Counted from the whole stretch's first letter, positions 49,901 to 62,987 are shown. The stretch: DNA of 62,987 nt, filler included, from Folioceros fuciformis (GCA_049999805.1; 4 parts of 4 records of this genome joined end to end with filler, not necessarily neighbours in it), one strand, 5' to 3'. Numbers and translations: made by a program. Notes: generated by a model not told the origin, from the letters alone.

Positions 49901-52900
49901 TGTATCAAAACGGCATATCGAGTGTGCCATGGTTATACTTGAAATTGGAGGCTGTAAATCTATGGGTGTCTTAAATGCCAAACAGCTCACGTATGTTTTC
50001 CATTCGGAAATTGCTTTGTTTGGCTTGAAGTAGGTTCTGTCCAGCTGTCCCTTTGTGAATATGCTTGTCTGTTCCTTTGCAGACCTCTCCATTTATGTGT
50101 AGCCACAGCAACCGTAGCGGTAGTCAAAAAGTGGTTGGAGCTGGCATCTCCAGAGGAGATAACTGCTGCTATTGATGTTCCAAGCTCTGTTGGAACTGCT
50201 CTATGTATGGCTGCAGCTCTGAAGAAGGCGCACGAGGAAGGTACAGATTCTGCACCTTGTGTAGTAAATGAACAGTGGACTGTGGCTCAAGATTCAGGAT
50301 ATGACTGAATGGTTGAGCGGGGTATGCAGAACTTGTGTGATCAATATGTCTACCCTAAATTAGCCACGGCACAGATGAGCTGACCCCTTCCTACAAGACT
50401 TATCTCTCGGACATGCGCTAGGCAGACTGGACATCCTAAATATATGGATGCTGCTGCAGAAGCCAGAACCTTGGTGAAGTTATTGCTGGAAGCAGGAGCA
50501 ACTCCAACAGCGACGGACACTCAGCGGGGACAAACTGCTCTACATGCAGCTGCAATTGCGAATGACCTTCAGATGGTGACGGTGAGGGCATTCAAGTCTC
50601 ATCCACTGTGAAACAGTTTTGGTGGATGTCTGTCAATGGACCTTAATATCAACAACTTGGACTGTTTCCTCTAAGTGAGATTTGCACTGGCTCATGTGTT
50701 TCAGATAATTCTGGATGCGGGTGTTGATGTCGATGTTCGTGACTTACACACCACTACTCCACTTCATGTAGCCTTGGCAAGAGGTTCAAGGGCGTGTGTT
50801 GGCCTTCTGTTGGAAAGAGGTGCCAACTGCAACCTGCAGGTATTTGTCTTAGGGAATTCCAATCCTTGGACCTCTTGGTATTGGTTTCTATGGGCAATGT
50901 GTGGATGACCGTAGAGTATGCACCCATGTGGGAACCTTTTCATAGTCCATCTGCCAATTGTCTTACGTGTCAAGAGCCAGTCCAAGGTGGAGGTCTTCAT
51001 TTGTCAGGTTCCCTCTCTCTGTATGGTTGTTGTTTGATCTCATAATTCACTAGTTAGAGAGCTTATCTGTTGACGGCGCTCTGTATGTTGAGTGCTATTG
51101 GACAGCAATAATGTCTTCAGTATGGATTTGATACCAATGTGGGTCTTACGTGATGTGGATGATGGAGTGGGTAATGCTTGTGATTCGACTTTTTCGCTTG
51201 CATGTGTCAAGGTTTCCATGTACTGATCTGCCTTGTTATGTCTCAGGATGACGAGGGTGACAACGCTTTCCATATCGCAGCAGATATGGCAAAAATGGTT
51301 AGGGAGAATCTGGACTGGATTGTCACCATGTTAAAGCGACCAGATGCGGCAATTGATGTGAAAAATCACAGGTCTGTTAACAATTCTATGAATGGTTTTT
51401 TTAACATTGGACATTTCCGTCAACGTACACAGAAATGAGCTGTAGCCCATGTTCTTTTACATTTTCAGCGGTAGTTCAGGCTTTCGATTATGTCACAGAT
51501 TGTGGAGTAATACTTGATTTCTTTGAAACAGTGGCAAAACGCTGAGGGATCTCTTGGAATCCCTTCCAAGGGAATGGATCTCGGAGGACCTTCTCGATGC
51601 ATTGATTGAAAAGGGCATTCATCTCTCACCTACAAAGTTTGTCACCTCTCCTGAATGTGTTCCGTTGCCAGCTGTTGAGTGAGAGGGATGTCTCCTGTGT
51701 GCTCAACGCTTATCCTGCAACGCCACTGTTGTGCTACTGCGTCCAGCACCTCAGAACTTTGTCTTGTTCATGCAGCTATGAACCAGGAGACTGGATTAAA
51801 TTCAAGAGAACAGTAAAATTTCCAAAGTATGGTTGGCAAGGAGCAAAGCCAAAAAGTGTGGGATTCGTGCACAGTATTGTGGACAAAAGCAACTTATTGA
51901 TATCCTTCTGTTCAGGAGAGGCCCGTGTTGCAGCCGATGAGATTGTGAAGGTTGTCCCACTCGACAGAGGCCAGCATGTCAGGTTGAAAGCAGATGTGAA
52001 GGAACCAAAGTAAGTGAGGTGTTATGGTATGTGAATGCTGCCAGCCTTGTTGCTATGGAAATCAGAGAAATTGCAAACATCACACACTTCGTGAATTTAT
52101 GGGTCCATTGCAGATATGGCTGGCGTGGGCAGTCACGTGATAGTATTGGAACAGTATTGTGTATTGATGATGATGGCATATTGAGGGTTGGATTTCCTGG
52201 AGCGTCGAGGGGCTGGAAGGCAGATCCTGCTGAAATGGAGCGCGTTGAGGAGTTCAAGGTTGGAGACTGGGTGCGCATTCGACCTTCGTTGACAGCAGCA
52301 AAACACGGCTTGGGGCCTGTGACTCCTGGTAGTATTGGAGTTGTGTACAGCATCAGACCTGACAATAGTTTGCTGCTTGACTTGAGCTATTTGCATGGCC
52401 CATGGCACTGTGAGCCTGAGGAGGTGGAACATGTGGATCCTTTCAAAGTAAGCTATTTCTGATGTTTGGTTCCGTTTAGTTCCAGTCAGTACTCATCGGA
52501 CATACCTTGTTTCGCAGGGTCCGAGCATTATGCTGAAGTTCTCCTGAAAAAGTCTATTCCGTTGTAACTCTTTTTGCCGTCCATGCAGGTTGGAGATCGG
52601 GTCTGTGTACGAAGATCTGTAGCTGAACCACGATATGCCTGGGGTGGTGAAACACATCACAGCGTTGGCAAGATAAGCGAGGTGAGCAGCGATGGATTGC
52701 TCATGATTGACATTACAGGTCGACCGATTCTTTGGCAGGCGGATCCTGCTGACATGGAAAAGGTCGAAGACTTCAAGGTAAAAGTCTTCTGCACCCTTCC
52801 TTTCTGCAAGGTGTTCTACTCTGGCCGTTTATGTGGCCTCCCTTTTTGAAGGTAGATTGTATCTATCCAGGTAGGTGATTGGGTACGAGTGAAGGCCTCA

Positions 52901-54536
52901 GTTTCATCACCGAAGTACGGATGGGAAGATGTGACGAGGGGCAGCACTGGTGTTGTTCATTTCTTGGACGAGGATGGGGACATTGGGGTGGGTTTTTGCT
53001 TCCGGAGCAAGCCTTTTTCTTGCTCTATTACCGATGTGGAGATGGTTAGCCCGTTTGAAGTGGGACAGGAAATTCACATAGCACCCTCTGTGTCGGAGCC
53101 AAGACTGGGATGGTCTTCAGAAACATCAGCCACCACAGGGAAGATTGCCAGGATTGACATGGATGGTACACTGAACGTAAGTCTTCCTCTTTGCCCATTG
53201 TAGTACAAGTGTTTTGGTGCTAGCACGTCATGAATGCTATAGCGGTTACGAGGTACATGCTTCAAACAGCATATGTTATAAACTGCTGCAGGTAAGAGTT
53301 TCTGGGAGGAGTACGATGTGGAGAGTAGCTCCTGGAGATGCTGAACGGCTGTCAGGCTTTGACGTTGGAGACTGGGTCCGTCTAAAAGTTCCACTTGTCA
53401 TCAGACCAAGCTATGATTGGCATGGGTCTGGGAAAGACAGCGTAGCTGTTGTGCACAGCATATCAGATGCAGGTTATCTTGAACTGGCAGGTTGCTTCAG
53501 AACTGGGCGCTGGCTGACGCACTACTCCGAGGTTGAGAAGGCCCCTGCATTGAAGGTTGCTCAACATGTTTGCATACGTCCAGCAGGTGCAGAACCAAGA
53601 TGGGGCTGGAGAGGTGCTTCTATCAACTCGAAAGGTGTCGTCGTGGGTGTCCATGCTGACGGAGAGGTACGAGTAGCATTTCCAGGGCTTGCAGCTCCGT
53701 GGAAAGCAGACCCTGCGGATCTACAAAGAGAGGAGATGTTTGATGTTGGTGACTGGGTCAAAGTGAAGGAACCGGTGGGTGAACCTAGAAATGGGTGGAC
53801 GGGTGCTAGGGCAGGGAGCGTCGGAGTAGTTCAGGGCATCGCGTATGAAAGTGAGGGTGGACTTCAGGGAACAGCCATAATAGTGGGGTTCTGCGGAGAA
53901 CTAGATAGGTGGTTTGCTCTTCCCTCTGAGTTGGAAAGGATAGAGCGTATCCGTGTTGGGCAGCAGGTGCGAGTCAGGGAATCTGTCAAGCAGCCACGAT
54001 TTGGCTGGTCAGGCCATAGCCATGCAAGCCTCGGCACTGTTGCTTCTGTGGATGCAGATGGCAGGCTTAGAATCCATTCGTCCGTCGGATCTCAAAAGAC
54101 CTGGATGTTAGACCCAGCTGAGGTGGAGGTAGTTGACGAGCAACCAATCTGCATCGGGGACTGGGTGAAGGTGCGCTCCTCGGTACCTACTCCTGCTCAT
54201 CAATGGGGTGAAGTGACACACAAGAGCATTGGGGTGGTGCACCGAATTGATGACGACGGTGATCTTTGGGTTGCCTTCTGCTTCCTGGAGAGGCTCTGGG
54301 TTTGTAAGCCAGCAGAGATGGAGCGCTTGGATGCGTTTCACATCGGCGATCCAGTACGGGTCAAACGTTCAGTTGTTACTCCACGGTGGGGTTGGGGAAT
54401 CGAGACCTATGCGAGTAGAGGGGTGGTGTCAGGGGTGGACGCTGATGGCAAGTTGCGCATTAAATTTGCCCGTCGTGAAGGTAGGTTGTGGATAGGAGAT
54501 CCTGCAGATGTAGAATTAGATTTGGACACATTGTAG
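46977..54536 (+). CDS. KEG: E3 ubiquitin ligase KEEP ON GOING (RING, kinase, ankyrin repeats, HERC2-like repeats), multi-exon
   Basis: MKLPACSICQ..PMMLQCGHSFCKECL..CPRC; VVCMNLKPSN..VSDFG..YMAPEAWEP; GQTALHIAA ankyrins; many VGDWVR..PRWGW repeats ending WIGDPADVELDLDTL*. Confidence 0.97.
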
Positions 54537-54810
54537 TATTTTTTAACTTTGCAAAGCAGTTTGCATTCCGTCCATCACCGGGTAGATCATGTCGCCTGGA
54601 GGCACTGAACTGTATATATCTTGATTCAATCGGAGACATTGTTTGCGATATATTTAACAACGACGTAACTGGTCGCTGACAAAGAAGGACGTCACTAATG
54701 ACCTTAGGAAGGACAAAAACAAGGATATTATTAACAGCGTTCGGGCGGCCGCATGGGTGTGTAAAGAATGAAAGGAACAATGGCGTAGAATGACTCTAGT
54801 TTAGTATCTG

Positions 54811-55660
54811 TTAGCCACAGAGACCACCAGAGCAAGAACCACCCCCGCAAGATGGGGCAGGAGGATCTGCAAAACCAACACAGAACGGATCAAATTGGGG
54901 CAAAACTGGAGGGAGGGACAGCCGGAACTTCCTGCTTTCCTAAATCTTACAATTATCCAGTCCTCGGACGTTGTTCAATCCTCCACGAGGAGGAGGGTAC
55001 CCAGGTGCAGGACGGCCGCCTCCGCTGCCACCACCTCCGGGTCCCCATCCTCCAGGCCTACCGCCCCCGCCAGGTCCTGATTGTCTACTCGACCTGGACC
55101 TCCCGTAGGCCTCAGAGGCCTCCAACTGTGCACAACGTATCAATCAGCATCAGCCACCATACATAACACCGATTTTACAGAACAGAACGACACCGGGAAC
55201 GTTGCGCACCGAGAACATGGTGGTGAAAAACATCCCGATGTAGTTTAGGATGGCCCAAAACATCTCCGACACAGTGCTCACCCTCCAGAGTGGTTTGCTC
55301 TTTCTTACCTCTCCTACATCACGTACGAGCGTCAAGCACAAATGAGGCAAACTTTGAGACAACGGCGTCCTAAACCCTACAACTTGTCATCAGAACTCCA
55401 TACTGTCTGTCGTCCATGAGTGCGCAAACCCCCAGAATTCCTAACAATCCAGAGGGCACCCTCGCGGCATGGAGATGACGGAAATCTCATTGCATACACT
55501 GCCGTTGCTTCCATAAGACAGACAATGGCCAACAGAATCGACAGCTTGTACCGGCAAGACCTTCAAGGCATCCGCCCTTGCAAGCTAGGTTAGACATACC
55601 ACAATCCAACCCAGGCAAATGTGTTGGGACACCACCGTTACCTCCTGCTATGTATGCCAT
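54811..55660 (-). CDS. Selenoprotein K/G-like membrane protein (Cys form), 4 exons
   Basis: MAYIAG|GEVRKSKPLWRVSTVSEMFWAILNYIGMFFTTMFS|Gly/Pro-rich..NNVRGLDN|YPPAPSCGGGSCSGGLCG*, with GT-AG introns. Confidence 0.85.
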
Positions 55661-55969
55661 CTCCCACAGCTGAAAGTTGCGCCAATAATCGAAGTGTACG
55701 ACACACACCCGTGCCTGGTTCTGACGCACCAGTGCAGCTTTGTAGACGAAGAGAACTCTACACAAAGAGCAGCCTTCCGCGAAAAATGATACTGGCTTCG
55801 AGCATTTCTCAAATAGTAACTCAGAAATATAATATGTAGACGTGATTTTAAAGCCTCATTTTGTAGGCCCTAGATTCACAATTCGTTCTCATGCTGTGAG
55901 TTCTAAATAAGAATCTCTTTGAGGGGTCTATGCAGTCGGCAGGCGCGGTCCCAGCAAGAGCAAGAGGAA

Positions 55970-56850
55970 ATGGCTGGTGTGCACGAGCAAGCTGTCGCTG
56001 TGTTTCCGAATGGAAGCGCAAACAGACAGGAAGTCGAGGTGGAGACTTCGGATGCCGTTGATCAGTCGATGGGGCTACAGAGTTACTGGAATCCCTCTAT
56101 GAGAGATGAGAAAGCTAGGGAGGAATCCTTCGTTGCGTTGGTGAAGCAGCATTGGCACAGCAGGGATGAGAGGAAAGTAGGAAGGAGGACAGAAAGGAAT
56201 ACAAGAGGAGGTGTTGGGAGCTTCCTCTGATGAAATGCTGTTGCCGGGATGTGCTGCGGATGTGCACCATGAATTGCGTCAGCTTATGCAGGGTTTGTCC
56301 TCGTTCAGGGTGACCGTTCGATAGGGATTTGCTTCTGCCCTTGCGGTGGTGCTTGGTGCGGTAACGCATGTGCCTGGGGAAGCTGTGTTGAAGCTGGTGA
56401 ATAGGCCTTGTGCGTTGCCTCCTCCATGATAGGCTAAGAAGCAAGGGATGTACTGTCAGGGCGCCTGGTTGTGTACGGTGCACTGATACGGGGTGTCAGA
56501 GAGAAACCTTTGTCAGCGGAGCTGGTCCAGGAGATTATGCAGCTAATTTTGTTTCTTGAGCCCATCAAACATTTATGCCAGAGCCCGCCGATTTTGTGTT
56601 GCCAGAGTCTGCAGAAGGTCTGCATGCAGAGGGGTTGAGGAATGGCGTTTTTTTGCTCCCTTTTTTCAAGAATGGATCCAGGAGCTTGGCGCTAGCCCTG
56701 ATGCGTTGTTAGTGGCATTGAGATTTTTCCCGACTGCTGCAAGAGATTTTTCTCGTGAGCTCCAGCACTTGGCCTTCTTCTATTCCACGTATCCTAGGCT
56801 AGTAGGTGGATTGGAAGACTCGGGGTTCCTCTGGACACGACACTAGGAGG
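55970..56850 (+). pseudogene. MYBBP1A / DNA polymerase V(phi)-like N-terminal pseudogene fragment
   Basis: CAADVHHELRQLMQGLSSFRVTVR*GFASALAVVLG, RLVVYGALIR and SPDALLVAL lie in shifting frames. Confidence 0.65.
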
Positions 56851-57198
56851 ATGTAGAAGACGGGCAGGGCGGTGGAGAAGAAGAGTCTAAAATGCTAAGT
56901 CTTCATCACCACAAGACATGGATTTGTTGGGGTCTTATCCTAAGTTGTGTTAAGCTCTCTAAGTTATTGTCAAAAAAAAAAAACAATGACTCACTCCGTT
57001 TGGAGTGATTACTAGGATGGCGTGCTTGAGAGAAGGTAGCGGGAATGATATAGTGCTTCATAGAAATGATCTCTAACTCAATCTTATAGTTAATGTACTT
57101 GTAATAGTGTCCTTGAAAAAATTATTATTTATTTGAAAAAAACAAGATGGAAAATCCATCTACCCTTAAAAAAGATAAATCATGATTGGGATACTTAG

Positions 57199-57321
57199 AG
57201 GCTAACCCTTGAGGCCTAATGGGTACTAATAGCTTCTAAAGGCTAACTCTTGACGCCTAATGGGTACTAATAGTTTCTAAAGGCTAATCCTTGAGGCCTA
57301 ATGGGTGCTAATAGCTTCTAA
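57199..57321. repeat. 41-bp tandem repeat x3
   Basis: aggctaacccttgaggcctaatgggtactaatagcttctaa. Confidence 0.9.
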
Positions 57322-57969
57322 AATATCATGGTTTCTAAGAAGAAAGGGTCTACCTAAGTTATTGATTCTATCTCACTAGCCCATACTATTTACTTGAAGT
57401 GGGAAGGAGAACTTTTCCTATAGGTAGAACTTGGCTTTGATAAGCTAACATTCAAAAGTTAGCTATCAAAAGCTTTAGCTTGGAAAAAAGAAAAAGAAAA
57501 TGGATATATTTTATCAAGAGAAGAGATGGAGAAGACCACCTAGCTCCTAATGAAAATGCAATCTAAGACTCCTGTAGGTTTGGGGCCCTTTAAGAACTAG
57601 TTCTCTGTTTTCATATTATTTTTGCATTATTTTATTAATATTAATAAAATAAGAAAAAAAGTGGAGAAATCTCTTGTGGTTGCTAAATGCTAGTAATGAG
57701 CTCTATAATTTTAATAAATTAATGGGTAGGCTGGCTACGTAATGGACGTATAGGAATGTGTAGGAAGTGGAGGGAAGGGCAGGGCAGGGCAGTACCAGCC
57801 ACGGTTAATATAACTCGAAGTGGCAGCGGAAGGAGCGCGGCCCCACGCCAGCACAAAGAAGGAAGCTCCTATGGCAGGCAAAGGCTCGTCGGCTGGCTGG
57901 CTCACAGAGACGATCCATGAGGCCGCGTCTTCCCTTTTTGGGGCAGCCCACAGGCCAGGGGCCAGGGCA

Positions 57970-58069
57970 NNNNNNNNNNNNNNNNNNNNNNNNNNNNNNN
58001 NNNNNNNNNNNNNTTAATTAATTAANNNNNNNNNNNNNNNNNNNNNNNNNNNNNNNNNNNNNNNNNNNN
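57970..58069. other. Artificial scaffold spacer
   Basis: N-run with a central TTAATTAATTAA. Confidence 0.95.
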
Positions 58070-58811
58070 CGTAGCTGCTTGCTTCGACCTAAAACGTAGC
58101 TGCTTGTTGAGCATGAAACTTGCTAAGCTTTGTCAAAGTCCATAGGGACACTTGAGTTCGATCGCGAACAGGCCAAGGCCAGCCCGTTGTACTGAACCGG
58201 TGATGACCCGTTTCAGGCACTTGGCCACTCTCGGTCATGAGTTCCGGTATGGGATAGTTCACACGTAACTGGGAAAAAAATCCCTGGAAAAAACGCTTAG
58301 GGTGGTTCGGGCTACATGGGAACCTAGCATTACTTGGTACATTGGACCCGCCCGGGTCCTGACTCCTGATCCTGTGTGAGAATCCACGATTTCGTTTTCA
58401 TTGCCCCACATTGCTTCGCGACACTAATTTTAGCATTCACGTGCAATGTACCTTGTAGTTATTTAAAATTGAATTTAACCAAAATTTTATTTATTGAGGT
58501 AGGCATTTCCTTGTCCTCTACTAACCACCAAAAATCACAGATAGTCCTCTTTCTAAACACAAAAAAAAGTGCTTTCTTCACCAAAGGGCCAAAGGGCCAA
58601 AGGCTGGCCAAAGAGATGCATATGGAAAATACAAATGTGAGAAAGGAAGATAGTATAACTCGTTGCCTCTACAAACACTGCTTCCCAAAGTAGTGAGAGA
58701 CATTCTAAGAAATTTGGATAATGTGTTTTTTATACTTGACACATTTACACTTCTATAAAATGAGCAACTCTAAAGTGCATACCTTGTCGAAACACTTTGC
58801 TTAATTTGCTT

Positions 58812-60400
58812 TTATTTTGCAGTAATTATTTTGACCTTTTTGTATACCATGGTTAACACACAATTTGCTACACCAGTCTCTCCTATAGTTTTTGAGGATA
58901 GTGCATCCAAGGTATAATTGGTTGCAACACCGGGTCTACTTGGTGCAGTGAACCAAAACTCCTCATTGGAGTTGTGGAACAACCAAGTCTCTTGCAGTTG
59001 CTTCAAACAAAACAACCACAAATAAGAGGAAGGATCGGACAACAGAAAACGACGTTGAACTACTTGACCGTCCAATAATCGAAATGCAACTCGACAAGTT
59101 GCTCTTGATGGAGTGCACGATTCCTTTGGCTCCTCTGGAAGGTTGGTTGTTTCAAACCAAGGATAGCTAGCATTGTAATGTGTATCCTTGATGATAAGTC
59201 TAGACGGAAGATCCCATTGTACCACTTGGTCGCCCTCTTCAAATATGGTCCCCAATGGCAGTGCTTCCTCCATGATATCTCTTGTGTTGGGTCTTTTGTA
59301 AGTGAATGGCAACCATTGCTCTACCAATGCATCCGAGCTTATGTCACTTGCATCACATTGTTTCAATTTCTGCCCGGTAAGTGGGTCAATCACAAGTATG
59401 CAAAAAGTGCTCTCGCCTATGTTGTAAAAGGTCTTCACTTTTAAGATCTCTGTGCTGTTGATTGGGACTTTCCATTCAAGGAAAGACTGTACAATGAGAT
59501 CCTTCGAAATCTTGTTGTTGCAATTTTCCCACTTTCCAAAATGTGGGAATGCCATGATCTCGTCCCCATGGATGTAGGCTAGGAGCCACTTGCTCATTGA
59601 TAATGCCTTCAGCTTTGCATCATGCAAATTTCCCCAATAAGATTGCATGGACATAGATTTGAAACCATGGTTGACAGTGGTTGTTTCTTCATAGCTTTGG
59701 AACCATGGTTGTCCATTTGTAGCTTGCTCATCTGATGAAGGTTCTGATTCTTCATCAATTGTGAGTGGCCATGGTAGTTCACTTGCACCAGTCCATGGTT
59801 GCCCATTTGTAGGTTGTTCATCTGATGAAGATTCTGATTNNNNNNNNNNTCATCTGATGAAGATTCTGATTCTTCATCAATTATGAGCGGCCATGGGAGT
59901 TCACTTGCACCAGCCCATGGTTGCCCATTTGTAGGTTGTTCATCTGATGAAGATTCTGAATCTTCATCAATTATGAGCGGCCATGGTAGTTCACTTGCAC
60001 CTGCCCAGGGTTGTCCATCACTCCATGCTAGTTCACTTGCACCTGCCCAAGGTTGTCCATCACTCCATGGCTGTTCACTTGCACTAGTCCATGGTTGTTC
60101 CCTTGCACAGGCTGTGCATGGCTGTTTACTTGCTTCAATCCATGGTTGATCATCTCTAATTTGTGCATAAAGTTCCATAGACCATGGTTGTCTACATGCT
60201 ATTATAGCTTCTTCATGACTTGCACTCCATTGTCGTTCGCTAACTTCAATCCTATGTGGTTTGCCACGAATGGTTTGTTCACAGATTGTGTTGCATGGTT
60301 GTTGATGACTAGCATCTGTGCAAGTCTTATCCCACATCGCTTCATTAGCTTGGTTAAGAATTTCGCTCACCAATTTGTCTTCCCCAAGGTTACGCTCCAT
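58812..60400 (-). CDS. Divergent intronless UAS(thioredoxin-like)-UBX protein (PUX7-like) with N-terminal QPW repeats; frame broken only at an N-gap
   Basis: KWLLAYIH..ILVIDPLTGQKLK (UAS); LPEEPKE..CRVAFRLLDGQVVQRRFLLSDPSSYLWLFC..KTIGETGVAN (UBX). Sequence after the gap at ~59840 reads in frame into the 280-aa ORF. Confidence 0.75.
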
Positions 60401-61052
60401 TTTGGATCAAGGAAGCTCGATTTCAGACACTTAGTAGGGAAGCTAAGCAATATCCTCTCAAAAGGTGTTGCCCTTTGCCTTTCTTGAAGCGTAACAACAC
60501 AAGTAGCTAGGTTCACAATCTATATGCACTATGTAATCTCAAGAAGACATCAAGATGATAAACTTAATTGTGAGCTTGCAAAATAACCTAGAACGTCTAC
60601 TTGTATTGATAAAATAATATCATGTACAACACACATATATAGTATATGTAGCTCATTTACATATGATGGTATGTCATTTTGACATGATATCGAGCTTTAA
60701 TAAAGTATGCCTATAAAGTTTGTGGACAAAAAGGTATTACATATCTTCAGTTTCCCACGGGGATGGGATATGCAATGGATGGCAGTGGGACAAAGTATCC
60801 ACACGGTTTGAAAGAACTTCATATGCAAAGCACATTCACAGTGTGTACATTACTGTGGAGCGATGCTGTACAAAAGGCATTTCGCTAAACTACGCGCTCT
60901 CTGTTCGGACAATATGTGATTCCGAACGCGCTTGCTTCTATCGAGTTATCGGNNNNNNNNNNNNNNNNNNNNNNNNNNNNNNNNNNNNNNNNNNNNNNNN
61001 NNNNNNNNNNNNNNNNNNNNNNNNNNNNNNNNNNNNNNNNNNNNNNNNNNNN

Positions 61053-61130
61053 GCCGGGGTATTCTCCCTTCAGATAGCTCGGGGGCTCGCCGGAGAACGG
61101 GCCCATGTATTTGGGCCTGTCTGGGCCGTA
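61053..61130 (-). pseudogene. Lhcb (chlorophyll a/b-binding) exon fragment
   Basis: [26 protein letters not shown] follows a splice acceptor; the remainder is a gap and then unrelated sequence. Confidence 0.75.
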
Positions 61131-61524
61131 CCTACAAGCAAGATCCGTGTTCCTTGATTTAGATCGCGTTGCATGTCTCATGGCTGGCTAGCTCGATGCA
61201 TTCAAGAACGAACAGGTCTGGACGATTGCATCCCATGGTCTAGGTGAGAGGGTAACAAACGCAGCTCATTGAGGAGGAGCAAAGCACTTGGACGCGAGTA
61301 ATGGAGCAAAGGAAACTTGAGGTGTATGAGTGAACCGAGGAGAAAAGATTGCAAGCTAACTCTGAATTTGGGCGTGGAGTGGTCTAGGCAATGATCGGCA
61401 TATCTCTTGGGACCCGAAGTCTTAGTTTAGCTATCATAGAGGCAGCCCATATCAAGAAAGGGCGGGTAGAACTTACACAACATTCATTTCTCAACAACAA
61501 AGGGTTGAACATATGGTTTCTAGT

Positions 61525-62767
61525 TCATGAGTTCATCTCATTCCTCCATAACATGTGCATCAAGATGTCTCTCAACCCACTGTGACCTTCGGCACTACCG
61601 GGCCCAGTTGCCATGAAGTTTTGATGCATGCCATCTTCTTCGTCGTCCTCCTCGCCTGCCAATATTCTTGGATCTATCTCATCACCACGATCTATCCTAA
61701 TGTTGTGCAGTAGCACACATGCATAAGTCAACGCATTGAAGTAGTCGATGTTGCCTCGCCACACCCTCCTACCTAGTATCCGCCAAACCTTTTTCAGTGC
61801 TCCGAAAGCGTCCTCAACGACCATACGAGAAGAGGATAGCTTGAAGTCAAAAGACTCTTTGTCTGCCATCAAACCTTGACCAGGAAAGGGGATGATCAAC
61901 CATGGAAGCAAAGGGTAGCCAACATCTCCGATGATATACTCTCGCACTTCCTCGTTATCCACGAGCATGGATGGTCCATTCAGCCGTGCACCTGCATTGG
62001 CTTGGTGATATACCTCTGAGTTGTATAGAATTCTCGTATCATTTGCAGCTCCTGGCCAGCCTGTTACTACGTCTAAGAACTTCTTATTGGGGCCTACGAT
62101 ACCTTGCATTGCGACTGTGAGATCCTTGTATCTTCCTCGATACTCCCATTGGTTTTCTCCTACAGGCAGTTCCAACCGAAAATGGGTCACATCGATGGCA
62201 CCACAACAATCCATGAAGCCATGTCGTTCAAAGAATCCTGCCTTCACTTCCTCCAATTTGACCTGTTGATGGCCAGGCAAGGTGATGCCTAGCCTTCTAT
62301 ATGATTGCTTTGACAAAACGGTGAGTAATTGTGCAGGCAATTGACTGTCCCACTCCGAAGCTGTCACCTAAAGAGACAAAGCTATCACCTGTGGCCAGTC
62401 TCCTTAAGGCAATGGCAACTTGTTTATGCACAGAGATAATCCCCCCGGGGATGTTCACAAATCCAGGAACTGGAGTCGGGTCAAGAGCGTCATGAACTAG
62501 ATTGCAGATGTACGTAGAGGTTGCCCATGGGAATCCATAGAAACGGGCAAACCTTTTTGGATCCTCTTGTGCCACTTGAAGGTATAAAGTCCACATGTCC
62601 TGTACTCGGGGTTTCACATAGTACGTTGATAATTGAATGCCCGTTAGAAATCCCCTTGGTAATTGTCCTGTGCGGGCCGCAATTGCAAGAGCAGCCTCCA
62701 ATTGTTGACATGAAAGAACAGTGTTATCAAGAGCATCATCTAGAAGTCTTTGGTCATCCATGCTCAC
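61525..62767 (-). mobile_element. PIF/Harbinger transposase 2 (DDE_Tnp_4/HARBI1-like), one frameshift near 62300
   Basis: QVAIALRRLATGDS..FGVGQS; CCGAIDVTHF; GWPGAANDTRIL; YIIGDVGYPLLPWL; RMVVEDAFGALKKVWRIL; ACVLLHN. Confidence 0.9.
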
Positions 62768-62987
62768 ATATCTTAAAGATAGCCCGCAATCGGTGATGGC
62801 AACATCATTACTCCCCTCAAAGTAATTCAGTAAATAAAATAAGTCTCGAACTACACTTTAGTGTAGCAAGGGCTACGTCGTAGACGACCATTTGCCCCAC
62901 ATTGGCCATAGATTGTCAATCCCTGAGCTTCGACCTAAACCGTAGCTGCTTGCTTCGACCTAAAACGTAGCTGCTTGTTGAGCATGA

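Overview
Eukaryotic plant nuclear DNA with short GT-AG introns, probably from a non-seed land plant (an inference, not shown by the sequence). The window is stitched from four pieces by artificial 100-bp N/TTAATTAATTAA spacers. Host genes: an intronless TPR/J-domain-like gene, head-to-head PAC1 and POLD3, a WAC-DDT chromatin protein, a probable Jade/PHD gene cut by a gap, KEG (RING-kinase-ankyrin-HERC2-like), a SelK-like gene and a divergent UAS-UBX gene. Pseudogene fragments include MYBBP1A-like, Lhcb and PPR. Mobile DNA includes a PIF/Harbinger element split by a Copia retrotransposon (TSD TCCTT) whose 3' LTR is in turn disrupted by an L1-like LINE, a second Copia, a CRE-like RT relic and a second Harbinger. 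The standout is an 8,060-bp DNA transposon (35937-43996) with imperfect TIRs and a 4-bp ATAA TSD. It carries a Sola-like DDD transposase with a possible BAH-like tail and, on the opposite strand, a decayed ParB-like + beta-class N4C/N6A DNA methyltransferase, plus five copies of a 22-bp GC palindrome. All protein family calls come from motif recognition by eye, not from database searches.
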